Assembly (NCBI GenBank): GCA_965644315.1
Contig: CBFFRQ010000054.1
Span: 372,001 to 436,000 of the forward strand
DNA from: Caecitellus pseudoparvulus
Lineage: Eukaryota > Protista > Bigyra: Bicosoecida
Direction of reading: 5' to 3'
Length of the DNA: 64,000 nucleotides
The notes under the pieces are model-generated. The model was not told the origin of the DNA. It did not search any database and saw only the letters and a list, made by a program, of their open reading frames with translations. Shown piece by piece: positions 1-11,900 of the stretch (within the stretch, counting starts at the first letter, position 1; every line of letters begins with the position of its first letter). Made by a program: the position numbers and the translations under genes.

Positions 1-943
1 CCAGGAGGGGGAGCAGGGTGGGGTGCGCAGCCGCCGCCCCAGTCACCTGCGCGCCCCACGCGACCAGTCCGATGTCCAGAGGTCGCAGCGACCCCCGCGT
101 CACCAGTGCCGTGTCTCCCAGCGCAGCAGCGGCCTCCTGCGGCACGGCACGGCCTTGCTTCGTCAGCACCCCCCCTGCCCACAGACTGGTAGCCAGAGCA
201 GCAGATGGCAGGTGCAGGCCTGGGCGGCAGGCAGCCCACGTGGCGTCCAGCGCGTCAGACGGCACACTGCTCGCCTCCTGCATGCCCAGGCAGAAGAGCA
301 CCTGAGCCAGGTCGGTGCCCGACGCGCCACCTGCCAACCCGCCCCAACGCGACAGCGCTGTGGACAGCACCGGGCCCGCCTCGGGCAGATCGCCCAAGGC
401 AGGAGCCATGTGGCCCAGCGCAGCCAAGGTGGTGGACACCTCCTTCACGCTGGCGTGGCCGTCGCCCAGTGCAGCAGCCATGTGGCTGAGGCCAGCCTCC
501 ACAAAGCTTTGCGCCGATGGCGTCAGGCCACGCAGGACAGTTGGAGGCGCCACCTCGGCGGAGAGAAACACGCCTGTGCCGGGGTTTGCCACCTGACCGA
601 TCCCCAACAAGGCCTTGGCGACCATGGCCGTGCTCCATGCGTCGCCGTGGGCTGCCAGGTGAGCAGTGGCGGCTGAGCACAGCGCCTCATATTCCGCACT
701 GCCACCAGCGGCATACCCACCAGCCTTGCGCGGCACCCACTGCAATGCCGCCGACAACGCCTCCGCGTCAAAGCTCCCTGGTTGCATGGTGAATGCTTCC
801 AGGATGTGGGCGTAGCTGTTGGTGGCCTTGGACAGCTTCACCAGCTGGGCAGCGGCGCGGCTGGCCATGCCCGCTGTGATGGTGGTGTGCACAGCGCCAG
901 GCCTGGCGGCGCAGCGCACTGCACTTCGGCACAGCGCTTGCAT
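1..943 (-). CDS. Partial (3' end outside window) alpha-helical repeat protein, OPR/HPR/FASTK-like, probable organellar RNA-binding protein
   Basis: Manually translated open frame from ATG at 943 running off the window: MQALCRSAVRCAARPGAVHTT... (Arg/Ala/Ser/Thr-rich, acid-free start resembling a mitochondrial presequence), followed by degenerate repeats such as WSTAMVAKALLGIG, DLAQVLFCLG, ALATSLWAGGVL, DIGLVAWGA. Family assignment is inference. Confidence 0.5.
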   Translation of the reverse strand, partial: MQALCRSAVRCAARPGAVHTTITAGMASRAAAQLVKLSKATNSYAHILEAFTMQPGSFDAEALSAALQWVPRKAGGYAAGGSAEYEALCSAATAHLAAHGDAWSTAMVAKALLGIGQVANPGTGVFLSAEVAPPTVLRGLTPSAQSFVEAGLSHMAAALGDGHASVKEVSTTLAALGHMAPALGDLPEAGPVLSTALSRWGGLAGGASGTDLAQVLFCLGMQEASSVPSDALDATWAACRPGLHLPSAALATSLWAGGVLTKQGRAVPQEAAAALGDTALVTRGSLRPLDIGLVAWGAQVTGAAAAHPTLLPLL

Positions 944-1216
944 ACTGGGCGTCTAGCACAGAAGGCTCCTATCCCAACCGCGGTCACTCCCAACGCACGT
1001 TGGTGCGGTTTGGGCAGGTCAGCGGTGAGGCCTGGAACACGGACCCCTCGCTGCAGCCACCGACCCTCACGGGCGGCGGCAAAAACGTAGCGGGCGGCAC
1101 GCAGCACCACGAGGCGCGCAGAGCATGTTAGGTAGCACGTTGGGTGTCGGTGTGTGGCGCCAGGCTGCCGCTGCCACAGTGCATTGACCCCCCTCCAGCC
1201 CACATGGAACCCCCCC

Positions 1217-1625
1217 TCAGAAGATATCATCGGGGTCGAAATCAGACCCATCCGCGCTGAACGCCGCACTGCTCCTGCCACTCGTCTCCCCTGAGCCCTC
1301 CAACTCCACCTCCTCACCCTCACCAGAGTGCAGATCACCCCCCCCCTCCCCTCCCCGCGCCCACGCCGGCACAAACGCAGACATTCCCATGCCGCTTGCA
1401 TCGGCACGCCGCAGCACCTCAGCCCTATACGGATCGGCCGATGGCGCTGGAGCTGATGCTGGAGCTGGTGCTGGAGCTGGTTCAAGTGCTGGCGCTGGAC
1501 CTGGACCTGGAGCTGGAGCTGGAGCTGGTGCTGGTGCTGGTGCTGGTGCTGGAGCTGGAGCTGGTTCAAGTGCTGGTGCTGGAGCTGGAGCTGGTGCTGG
1601 AGCTGGAGCTGGTTCAAGTGCTGGC

Positions 1626-1685
<60 letters not shown>

Positions 1686-1739
1686 TCAAGTGCTGGAGCT
1701 GGAGCTGGAGCTGGAGCTGGAGCTGGTTCAAGTGCTGGC

Positions 1740-1770
<31 letters not shown>

Positions 1771-4086
1771 CTGGTGCTGGAGCTGGAGCTGGAGCTGGAG
1801 CTGGAGCTGGTTCAAGTGCTGGAGCTGGTGCTGGACCTGGAGCTGGAGCTGGAGCTGGTGTTTGCACGCTAACGGGCTGTACCTCAATGACTGGAGTAAC
1901 TTGTGTCGCTCCTTGGCTGACTCCTCCGTCACTGCTTCGGGAGTCACTACGGAACGCTCCACCCCTCGAGACCCCCTCCTCTCTGCTGTGATGTCTACTC
2001 TGGGTGCTGCTTCTGCCCCCCTCTTCCGCTTGGAAGGATTGGGGGTGTGGCGCGCGGCCACTGTACCGCTGCAGCACACCCCCTGCCCCGTACTGGCTCG
2101 GAGGGGGGTGTAGGGGGGGTCCATCTCCCCCCGCCCTGGATGTGACCGGCACGTAGGGTTGCACTGCAGACACGTGTGAGTGAGCTGCTCCCTCCCCCCC
2201 CCAAGACGCGACGCTGTGGGGGTGGGAGGGGGGCCATGAGGGAGTCGGCAAGGCTGGTGCGTTCGCGAAGTGAAACGCAGCAGCTGGCGGCGCTGGCACA
2301 CGCTGCGGCGCCGTGCGACTAGCCTTGCCAATGCCCAGTGTCTGCAGCAAGCTGCGCAGTTCTGACACTTCCTGGGAATGGGCTGCCTGTGACTCGCTGG
2401 ATGCCGCCGGGACTCGCTTGAGCTGGTCCTGTAGCTCCGCCACGCGCGACTGCAACGCACGGCGCTGCCTGGACCACTCGCTCGCACGCATCATCCACGC
2501 TGCGTTGTCGTTAGCCCGGTGGTGGGCTGCTTTCTGACTGACTGACTTCAGCGCTGCCGTCTGGGCTGAGCGCAGGGCAGCCTCCCGTTCCTCCGCACCC
2601 GCCTGCGCAGCTGACACAGCCTCCGCCGCATCACGAGCTCGCTGCTGGGCCTGCTCCAGCTGCTGCTGCAACGCATCACAGCGCTGCTGCAACGCGTCAC
2701 AGCGCTGGGCCTGCTCCGTGCAGGTGCGCTGGCTGTCGTGCAGCTGCTGCTTGAGGGACGTCACCTCCTCCTGTAACGCATCACGACGCTGGCCCTCCTG
2801 CTGCAAGTGTGCCTGGGTGGCAGCCAAGTCAGCCCGTAACGCAGCATTGCCCTCCGTTGAGCGCGAGGAGGTGGCACGCAGATCTGCCAGCTCCGCTGCC
2901 TGCCGCGACACCGTGCGTTGCGCATCCGCCAACGCCGCCTCGCGCAACGCATGTTCCTTCTCTGTAGCGGCGATGCTGGCCTCCCGTTCGCCCAGGGAGG
3001 CCAGGTGCTGCGCCTTCCAGCGGTCAAACTCAGCCTTGGCCGCCGCCATGGCTCGCTCCGCCGCGTCCGAAGCCGCCGCCACGCGTGCGTTGCAGTCTCG
3101 TTCCCACTCGCGCAGACGGGCCTGCTCCAGGGCGATGGCCTTGGCATCCAGCTCACTGGCGCGTCGGAAATCCGCCTCACGGCTGCTCGCCTCCGTCAGC
3201 TGGGTCAGCATGCGCTGCCGAGTGTCGTAGGCTTCCCGGTCAAAGTCCGCACGGGCTCTGGCCAGGGACGCCCGCTCAGCTTCCAGGCGCCCCTCCAACT
3301 GGGCATACCGTTCGGAAAATGCAGCTTCCAGCTCCTCGCGCTGCTTGGCCATGGCGCTCTGCCACCGGCGCCGCTCACTGGCAGTGGCCACGGCCACCTC
3401 TTGCTGGCGGATGCGAGCCAGTTCACTGTGCAGCTCCTCTTGCGCCCTGCGATCAGCTTCAGCCTGGTGCTGGCGTAGCAGGCGTGTAATGTCCATGGGA
3501 GCACTGGGTGGCGCAGCTGGTGTGGGCGGATCTGCGGGTGGCGGGCCAGGTTCGCATTCGTCGGCCGTTGCAGGTGGCTCGAAACGCCAGGCGAAACGCC
3601 ACGCACCATAAGCGGCCAGTCCTGGCGCTCTGCCCTTCGATGCGCGAGCAGCACTCTCTTGCTGACCTTGAAGATATCCCACCTCGTTGATCAGATCCAC
3701 AAGGACGCTGGAACCCGACCCCTTGACGCGCAGTGCCTGTGGACAGCGCCGCACGTGTGAGGGACCGGCTGCAACGGCAGTCGCGCACCGCGTCGTACCT
3801 GCCGCAGCACGCCGGGAGACATGTCCGGCAGCTGTTCGCGCTCTGCATCTAGGATGGACAGGGTCTTCGTGTGCCCCGCTGCCTTGAGGAAGTCCACCAC
3901 AATCGCGAGGGCGGTGGCATCGCTGTCTCCGTCCTCCTCTGGCGCAGCAACGGCACGCCTCTGCCGCTGCTGCCCCAGCAGCCGCTGCACTACCACGGCG
4001 CGCAGGGCAGCCTTAGCTTCAGGCAAAGCCCCACTGCTCGCCAGGGTGTCGTGCAGTGCACGCTGCGCGTTGCTCGACCCCGCCAT
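1217..4086 (-). CDS. OFD1: OFD1-like centriole/basal-body protein (N-terminal TOF-LisH, long coiled coil, Pro-Ala linker, acidic tail); intron 3737-3798
   Basis: Exon 1 has LHDTLASSGALPEAKAALRAVVV...ALAIVVDFLKAAGHTKTLSILDAE (TOF/LisH pattern of OFD1/FOP/FOR20). A GTACGA...CCACAG intron joins it in frame to the coiled-coil ORF 1217..3754. Confidence 0.7.
1447..1860. repeat. Coding tandem repeat (GCTGGA/GCTGGT hexamers; Pro-Ala dipeptides punctuated by PALE units)
   Basis: Directly visible; GGTTCAAGTGCT (ALEP on the minus strand) recurs about six times among variable-length PA runs. Confidence 0.95.
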
Positions 4087-4695
4087 GCTGCACGGCACGG
4101 GCGTCCTTGATGTGGAGCTGGCAGAGGCAGCGAGGCAGTGGGGGACGAGCAGACTAGGTGCCGACAGAGCAGGGCTGCGAAGAAAGCACGAGCGAGCTTC
4201 TGCCACTTCGCATTCACCTGCGTGTCAGGAAGTGGCTGTGCACGGTGCATTGCGCCTGCACGCACCGCACACCGTCCCACCTTTCAGTGTGCCCCCCCCC
4301 ACTCTGATGCGTGACATGTTTCAGCATGCACGGACTCCGAAGCTGCCCAAAAGGATGCCTGCCCCGACAAGGGCGACTTCGTGGTGGGGAGCAACTACAA
4401 TTCTTTATTCATTGCATTCTTCAATTGGGAAACACTACAAACTCTTGCTCCCAAAAGCACATGGCTGCCTTCTTTAGAACTGTCCACCGCATGTGGGGAG
4501 ACACAAAGTCAAGCACAGCCACAATTTCCCTACCTACAACTTGATACCTGGAACACACTTCACTCAGTCCAGAAGGCCTACGAACCAGCGGGTGCCTGTC
4601 TTCTGTTCGGCCGCCCGCCAGCGCAGCTGCGCCAGCTCACGCTGTGCGGCGCCTTCAGCGCCCTCGTCCACCCCCCAAGCCAGCCTGCAGCCGAG

Positions 4696-5977
4696 ATGGC
4701 GGCCATGGGGTCCGAGCCCATTGTTGTGGCTGATGTTGGCAGCTGCTTTGCGCGTGTCGGTCTCGCGGGGGCCTCGACGCCCGCGGCAGTGTGCCACTCA
4801 ATCGTGGGCAAGCCCAAATACCGCAGGGTGCTGAAGGGAGCAACCTCTGCCCCTGCTGACGGACAGTGAGTGCCTCAAACAGTCCTCCCATTAGAAGCCA
4901 CCCTTGCTTCAATGCCCCCCCCGCTCTCTAACCAGGCTTGTGTGCGGGGATGCTGCCATGTCGCAGCGTGCGCTCCTCGCCCTGCGCCGGCCGGCAACGG
5001 CAGACGGCGTCGCAGACGTGTCCGATTGGCTTGCGTTGTGGGACCACGTGCTGGCTAGCACTGACTCTGCTGCAAAGGGCGGAGGTGGGTCCCTGTCCTC
5101 TGCTGCTGTGGCTCTCGTCGCGCCGCGGTGTGCCAGCACCGCGGTGCAGGCTGGCTTGGTGCAGGCACTCCTGGCCAGTCGCAAGCATAGCAGGGTGCGC
5201 CTGGTGAACCCTGCTGCCGCAGCCCTGTACTCCGCTGGGCTGACCACTGGCGTAGCGTTGGACGTCGGACACACGGGCAGTGCTGCAGTTCCCATCCTGG
5301 ACGGATTCGCAGTGCCAACGGCAGCACGCCGCTCGCGGGCAGGCGGCGCGTCCGTCGTGCACACTGTCAGGGTGCGTCTCCTGCTTGGGCCTCGCTAGGT
5401 CACACGCCCGGAGCAGCCCGCTCGCTCATTTTCCTTTGCACAGGAGAGCCTGCGCCAGCAAGGCCTGCACCTGGACCTGCCGTCGGAGGTGGAGGTGGCG
5501 CGGGAGATCGCCGAGGCAGTGAGCCAGTGCGGAGCTGACCCCAAGCAAGCTGTCCCTGGAAAGTACCAACTGCCAGACGGGTCCATGTTGGCAGTGCCCT
5601 CGGAAGCCATCAGGGCTGGCGACTGCCTGTTTTCCCCAGGCAACCCCGATGAGCCTGGCCTGCATACCATCGTCGCTGCATGTGTGGCTGCCACAGATCT
5701 CCACGCCCGCGCCAGTCTCCTGAACAATGTCGTCATGTACGGCGGTGGGTCCCTGTACACAGGCGCACCGCAAGCCTTCTTGAACAACCTCGCCGCCTCT
5801 GTTCCTCGTGGTGTGAACGTCTCCGTGCGGGCGAGCAAGGACCGATTCATGGCACCGTGGACTGGGGCGAGTGTCCTCACTGCCCTGGAGTACAAGGCAG
5901 AGGAGGGCAGCTGGCTGACAGCTGGGGACATAGAAGAGCACGGTGCTGTCAGGGCTGTTGAACGCATGAATTGGTAG
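4696..5977 (+). CDS. Divergent actin-related protein (actin/centractin-like); introns 4866-4935 and 5372-5443
   Basis: Actin-fold motifs IVVADVGSCFARVGLAG, SIVGKPKY, LYSAGLTTGVALDVGH, YQLPDGS, LLNNVVMYGGGSLY, WTGASVL. Both GT-AG introns restore the frame. Confidence 0.85.
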
Positions 5978-5984
5978 GCTATGT

Positions 5985-8900
5985 TCAGCGTTCCGTGATG
6001 CACAGCAATGCAACGCCTCGCAGAACCCAGTGGGATGCCTTCTGCACCCGTGTTGGAAGGGGCACGGACACCACCAGGAAGAAGTCCGTGCGGTCTGGGT
6101 ACCTGTAGATGGGGCATTGGTATGGGGCGTTTCCTGTTGGCGAGTAGATGTCTGACTTGCTGGACACCTGCGAGTCCTTGATGGTGGTGAGGTACAGCAC
6201 GGGAAGCGGGGCGAACAGGACCTTGGGCTCAGACTCAACGAGTGACCCTTCGCTGCGTCCCCATCGCGCCCCGTCCAGGAACAGCCCGTGAACGTACACG
6301 CCCTCCTCTGGTGCGTCGCGCACAGCATCGGCACCCTTGAAGTCTGTGACCTGGGCGTGGTACACGACGTTGTCCAGGGCCCACCCGTCTGCCTTGTGGC
6401 GGCGAGTAACTTCTTGCTTCATGGAAGTCAGGAAGCCTTGGGGGTTGAAAAAGCCTGTCATCCAGTAGCTGTTGGGAGGTTGAGAGGTCAGCCACGTCCT
6501 GATTTGATCATCTCTGTCCAGGAAGGACGAAAACCACTGGCCGAGGTTGAGCAGGAGCCACGAGAACTCATCACCTCCTGGCGTGTACAGCCAGCTGCGT
6601 GGCACCTTGGCAGAGAAGATGTCCATCATCGCCGCTTGCAGCTCACTGGTGAGGACCACTTCGCCCTTGATGGCGAGTTTCATCTGCTCAAGCATGCTTC
6701 GGGCGCGGTCCACGACCCTCGCAAGGCGCTGGATTTCCTGGAACAGGAAGATGTTCGCTGGCTTGGACAAGCCTCCAAGCTTCCGGATCCGGGCCTTGTA
6801 GTCGTCCTCCACGTACGCCTCAGGCAGCTTGGCCAGCAGCTCGTCGGCCTTCTCCGTGACAATTTCATCCATGGAGCGCCCCCCCGCTGCGCCGATGGAC
6901 TTGGGCTGTGTGCCCTCCATGGTCTGCAGCAGCTCCACCACTTCCTTCACCCGGAAAGTCAGGTCGCCGTTGGGGTGCAGGCCAAAGATCTCGGGGGAGT
7001 CGATGTCTGGGAAGGTTTGCGCGTACTTGCGGTAGGGCTCCACTTCACTGTCAGACATGACGACGTACTGGAAGTCGTCAGGGATGGGGTTGATGGGTGC
7101 GGCGGGGTTGTACCGGAAGTCAGGGTCGAGAGTGCCGGGGGTGATCCACCGGCTGGCGTACGCGTTGAACATGCGCCTGTCGAAGTCATCTGTGATCTTG
7201 CCCCCGTACTGTGCCTCGGCCACCATGTACTGGAATGTTGGCCACGAGATTGGCCCACTGTACAGGTGCTTCTCCAGGAACATGATGCAGGCGCGCAGGT
7301 CGCCGGAGTTGTACTCGTACGGCACGCACCATCCAAGTGGCCCGAACTTCCTCCGCTCCTGCACGATGGAGTGCAGGAAGCATAAGTTGTACACGAGCTT
7401 CCTCCACATCTCTGCCTGGCTAGGCGTGTCGATGCGTTCCAGTCGGTCTTGGTCCACTTCCACCACGTACGACCTGTACAGCCCAGCCTTCAGGCCTGAT
7501 GGGGGCTCGTTCGTCACTTTGGTGCTCATCTGCAGCAACCCCAAGGGGAAGTCCTCTGAGGGCATGGCTGTGATGAACAGTCGGAAGTCTTCGTGCACTG
7601 CATCCTGCATCTTGTTCAGGATGTCCTCCATTTCCACCATGAGTTGCAGTCCCAACTCACAGTTCTGCAGCAGCACCCACGTGCCGTTCACCGCTGCTTT
7701 GTCCATCATGCGCTTGGCAATCTGTTCTTGCCCTTCACCCATGGAGATGCTCTCTACAGTTGTCTTCTTCCTCTTCGCCAGCGCTTCGATGGCCTCCGTC
7801 GGGTCTGCTCCCACAGAGAGCAGGAAGATCACCGGAACTTGGGCCACCATGCCGTCGAATATGCTCTCTATCGTGTCGGACACCGGGTCCACATACCGAG
7901 GTCCGATGTTCGCCACGTTGCGGATGAACTGCCGGATGGCCAGCAGGGTTCGGTCTTTGCGTAAGGCCCTGATCAGCAGCAGCCGGCGCCAAGGGCCAGC
8001 ATGTGGGTCGCCGCTCAGCGGCCCCTCAAAGTCAGGAATGGGGAGGCGCTCGGGATCGTTGGCATCAAACCAAGCCCTCCACATGCTCTCATTGCGACTG
8101 ATGGCATCCAAGAGTGACGCGAAGAATGGCAGCGCTGATGTCAGCGCCTTGGCATTCAGCCACGCCTCCCTGGGCATCCAGCGCGGTGGCGGCCCTGCGC
8201 TTGCAGGGTCAACCGCGGCGCCTGCTTGGAGGAAGAGGGAAATCTCGCTGGCGTCCAGGACTTCAGCCTTGACTAGGATCTTCAGGGTGAACATGAGCAC
8301 GAAGAGGAGTTTATGCCGCTCGTACAGGCCTCTGTTTATGTAGCGGTACACGGAGTACGTCATGGTGCTGACAATGTTCTCCACGCGCTTTGTGGCCAGT
8401 GCGCTCTTCTCCGCGTCATCGATACTCTTCGCAAACAACTCAATGAACTGTGCGAGGGATGTTTGGTACATGACGTTGACCAGGGACATCTCGACGATGG
8501 AGAAGTACAGCACCGACCCGCGGGTCGCGACAGGCCGGTATGCTTCGCGCTGCTCGCTGATGGAGGTGCGGGCCTCATCTGCAGCGTCCAGCTTGTCCTT
8601 GACTTCAGCTGCCTTGGTCTTGGTGTTATTCAGGACGTCCACTAGCTCTGCATCCTCCAGCAAGTTGCCCCCCCCGCTCAGGCGATCCAGCAGCTGCGAG
8701 TCCAGCTCCTGCAGCGCTTTGCGGTTCGAGTTCACCTCCGCCAGCACCTGCTCCAGCATCTCTTCCAGCTCCCGTTTCTCTTTCTTGATCACTCGGCCCA
8801 GCAGCTGGTCTTCCAAACCGCTCATGGTCACAGTGAAGTCCACGACGGTTGTTTTTGCTTGGAGCTCAGGGGAGAAGTGAGGATTAGGCAGGCGGGTGAT

Positions 8901-11900
8901 GAAGTACATGGCGAAGCTGTCGTCCATCTCCACCTCACTGTCGGCGACTTTGATGTACTTCCGCTTGTTGCGGATGATGATCTGCTTCTCCAGCACAGGG
9001 TCCAAGAGGGGGTCCAGCTCCTCCTCCACGTTGATGACGATGAATGCGAAGCCCTGCCCCATGCAGAACTCCAAGTTGTCCTTCAGCCGGCTGGAATTCA
9101 CAGGGGTCACGGGGGGTGTCGGGAGTTTCCCCCCCTCACGGTTCCGGATCCAGTTCAGTGCTTGGCCTTGTGGATCAATCAGCAGCGGGTAGCGCGACGA
9201 GCGCGTGACCAGGATGCCATTCTGCACACTGAGGGGGTCAGTCGGTAGCCCTTCCAGGTTCCAGTCGCCAATGGTCCCGGCGTCCACCAGGAAGTCAATG
9301 ACCTCCAGCTTGTCAGTGACGGGGACGCCGCGGGACTGCAAGTCGGCAGTGAACTTCTCCTGCACGAGGTACTGCCGGAAGGGTGCGTTGAATGGACCAC
9401 AGTAGCAAGTGAAGGCACAAGCCACTGCCACGTCCCCCACCAGGCGCCGCTTTTGGTCGGCAAAGTTCTTGCTGTCTTCCGTCCATCGGATCTTCTCCCC
9501 TGCCAAGCCGTTGATGAGCTTCTCTGCCTGCTGCAAGGTGGAGGCGAGGCGATTGGCATTGTCCTCCAGGTCCTGCTTTGCCGACATTTGTGCGTCGTAG
9601 TCTGCCTGCAGGGCCGCCAGGCGGGCCAGCACTCCCGCCTCCTCCTCCTCAGCCCTCCCCAACGCCGCCAAGGCCTTATCCAGCTTGCCTTGGGCGACTT
9701 GCAGGGCCTCTAGCTTTGGCTTGACCACCCTGGAGGCGTAGAAGTAGTCCCGCATGGCACCGGCCCACACTGCCATGTTCACGACGTAGTCGCTCATCTT
9801 CTTGGCAGCCAGGTGGTCTGCGTTCAGCCACGGGTGCAAGGAGTACACTTCGACGAGCTCGCAGGTCTCTTCATTCACTGCATCCTTGTCGAACCCCTGC
9901 AGGCGTGGAAGGAAGTCTGAGGTGCTGATGACCGCCAACGCTGAGTGCTTGTAGCTGTCTGCCAGGAACTCAAGCTCCGTCCCACACACGACATTCACAG
10001 CATCACTTCCAGTTGTGACGGGCAGCAGAGGGGCTTGGAATAGGATGGCCACCATGTCCAGGACATACTTGATGGCAGCGGGGGGGGACGGCTTCACTGC
10101 CTTGATGCTTTGGATGTCCTTGGCGGTGATGCTGGCAGCGGCGCCCAGCGCGCGGTCCACGATGGGCTGCGCCTTGTCCAGGTCAGCTTGGCACAGTTTC
10201 TTTTCTCCTTCAATCTTTGCAGCCTCTGCCTCGCACCCGTCCTTGATGACCTTCACCTTCTCGCCTTGTGCCTCCGCTTCCCCCCGCTTGACGGCCAGCG
10301 TGCCGAGCAGAGCATTCACCTTGTCCGTGGCTTCCGCCACTTCTGCCTGCTTCACCTTCAGCACCCCCTTCATCTCGTCGACGCCTGCGCTGCCCTCAAT
10401 GAGCTTCTGCAGCCCCATGTTCACGTTATCTTCCTGTTTCTTCAAACTGGCGAGCTTTGTGGCATACAGCTCCTTGTAGTTGGCGATGAAGGCGAGGTAT
10501 GACTTGGGCGTCTGGTACACGTGCCGCCGCATGGCTTGATAGTACTCCTTGCACACTTCCACGACCATGTTGTGCACCATACCCATGTGAGTCATGAGCT
10601 CGTTCTTGGTCTCGTCTGGCGTCTCCATGGCGTAGTCCCCCAAGAAACCCCTGGACACCGACACCAACGCCTCCTCTGGCCATGGCAGGAACCAGTCGAT
10701 GGTGCACCCTGAGAAGAGGCCGGGGAACTTTCGAGCTCTCTCGGAGAACTTTGCGTCCACAGGTGAGAAGCACAGGACTATGTGCAGGTTGTCTTTTGCC
10801 AGATCGAAGAAGTACTGCTGTAGGTTTGTGGGAGTCTCTGGCACTCCCGCCCGCTCCTTCGCAAAGTGCGGCTGCAGATCGCCCGTGATGCCCATCATCT
10901 CGTCCTTGGCGAACAGCCCAGGCACTTCCCCCGTCAGCAGCAGGGAGTTGACGTACTCCAGAAAGGCCTCGCTCTTGATCTCGGCGTCAGTCAGCATGAA
11001 CGTGACACTCTTGCGCTGGTGCCCGGCAAGGTCCTGGCAGAACTTGAGGTCTTCCATGAACGAGGCGACGTTGTACGTCTTCGTCAGCGTGATTTGAAAC
11101 AGCGTGGAGCGCGCGATGTACGAGGCAAGCCGAGTTAAGCTCTGCTTGCCTGACCCGCCCACACCTACGAGGAGCGCAGATCCGCACGGCATGGCAAGGA
11201 TGCGAGCAATGCGGATCATATGCCGCATGGCGTCCTCGAACAACACGAGGTTCAAGGAACGGGCAGGGAACTCGGTGTTGTGCTTGTGCATGAACATGGT
11301 TACACGTTCTCGAACGTTTTGCAGGCTGCCGCCTTGCTCGTACACCTTTGGAGCCTCCGCGACTAGCACGTCGTCTTCGTCGTAGACATCTTCACGGAAG
11401 AAGTCAACCCAGAACGACTCCTCTTTGCACTTGGCGGCAGCATCTGCCCCAAACGTCTCAGCCAAGACACTGTCGGCTTTGGCGGCGTACCACTTCTTCT
11501 CGTCGTTGGCCACGAGTTTGTCGGAGAACACTCGCTCACACTCATGCTTCCACAGCTTGAGCAGGGCGATGTCAGGGTCCATGCCCGGAGTTTGCTGGCC
11601 ACCGGTGCGGATGCTGTCCTTGGGGGTCAGCAGGACGCCTTGGAACACCCGGCTCAACTCGCGCATGTTGAAGACATAGTGGAACTTGGCTGGTGTGGGC
11701 AGCATCTTTGCCTTCACCGAGTTCCACAGCTGAATCGTCGCCGCTGTCAGTTTGCTAACGACCGCCATGGTGGCGTCACTGAAGTCGGCGGGTTTGAAGC
11801 GGCCCGCCAGCATCTGCCCGTACAAGTCATCAATCGACTTCAGGGAGGGAAGCACAAGGTTGAAGGCGAAGAATTGGCGCTTGAGGCGGTCCGGGATGTC

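Noticed and set aside
838-2487. Poly-Gln/His/Leu ORF (549 aa) and poly-LE or poly-AG ORFs
   Set aside because: These are alternative-frame and antisense readings of the Pro-Ala repeat in the OFD1-like gene.
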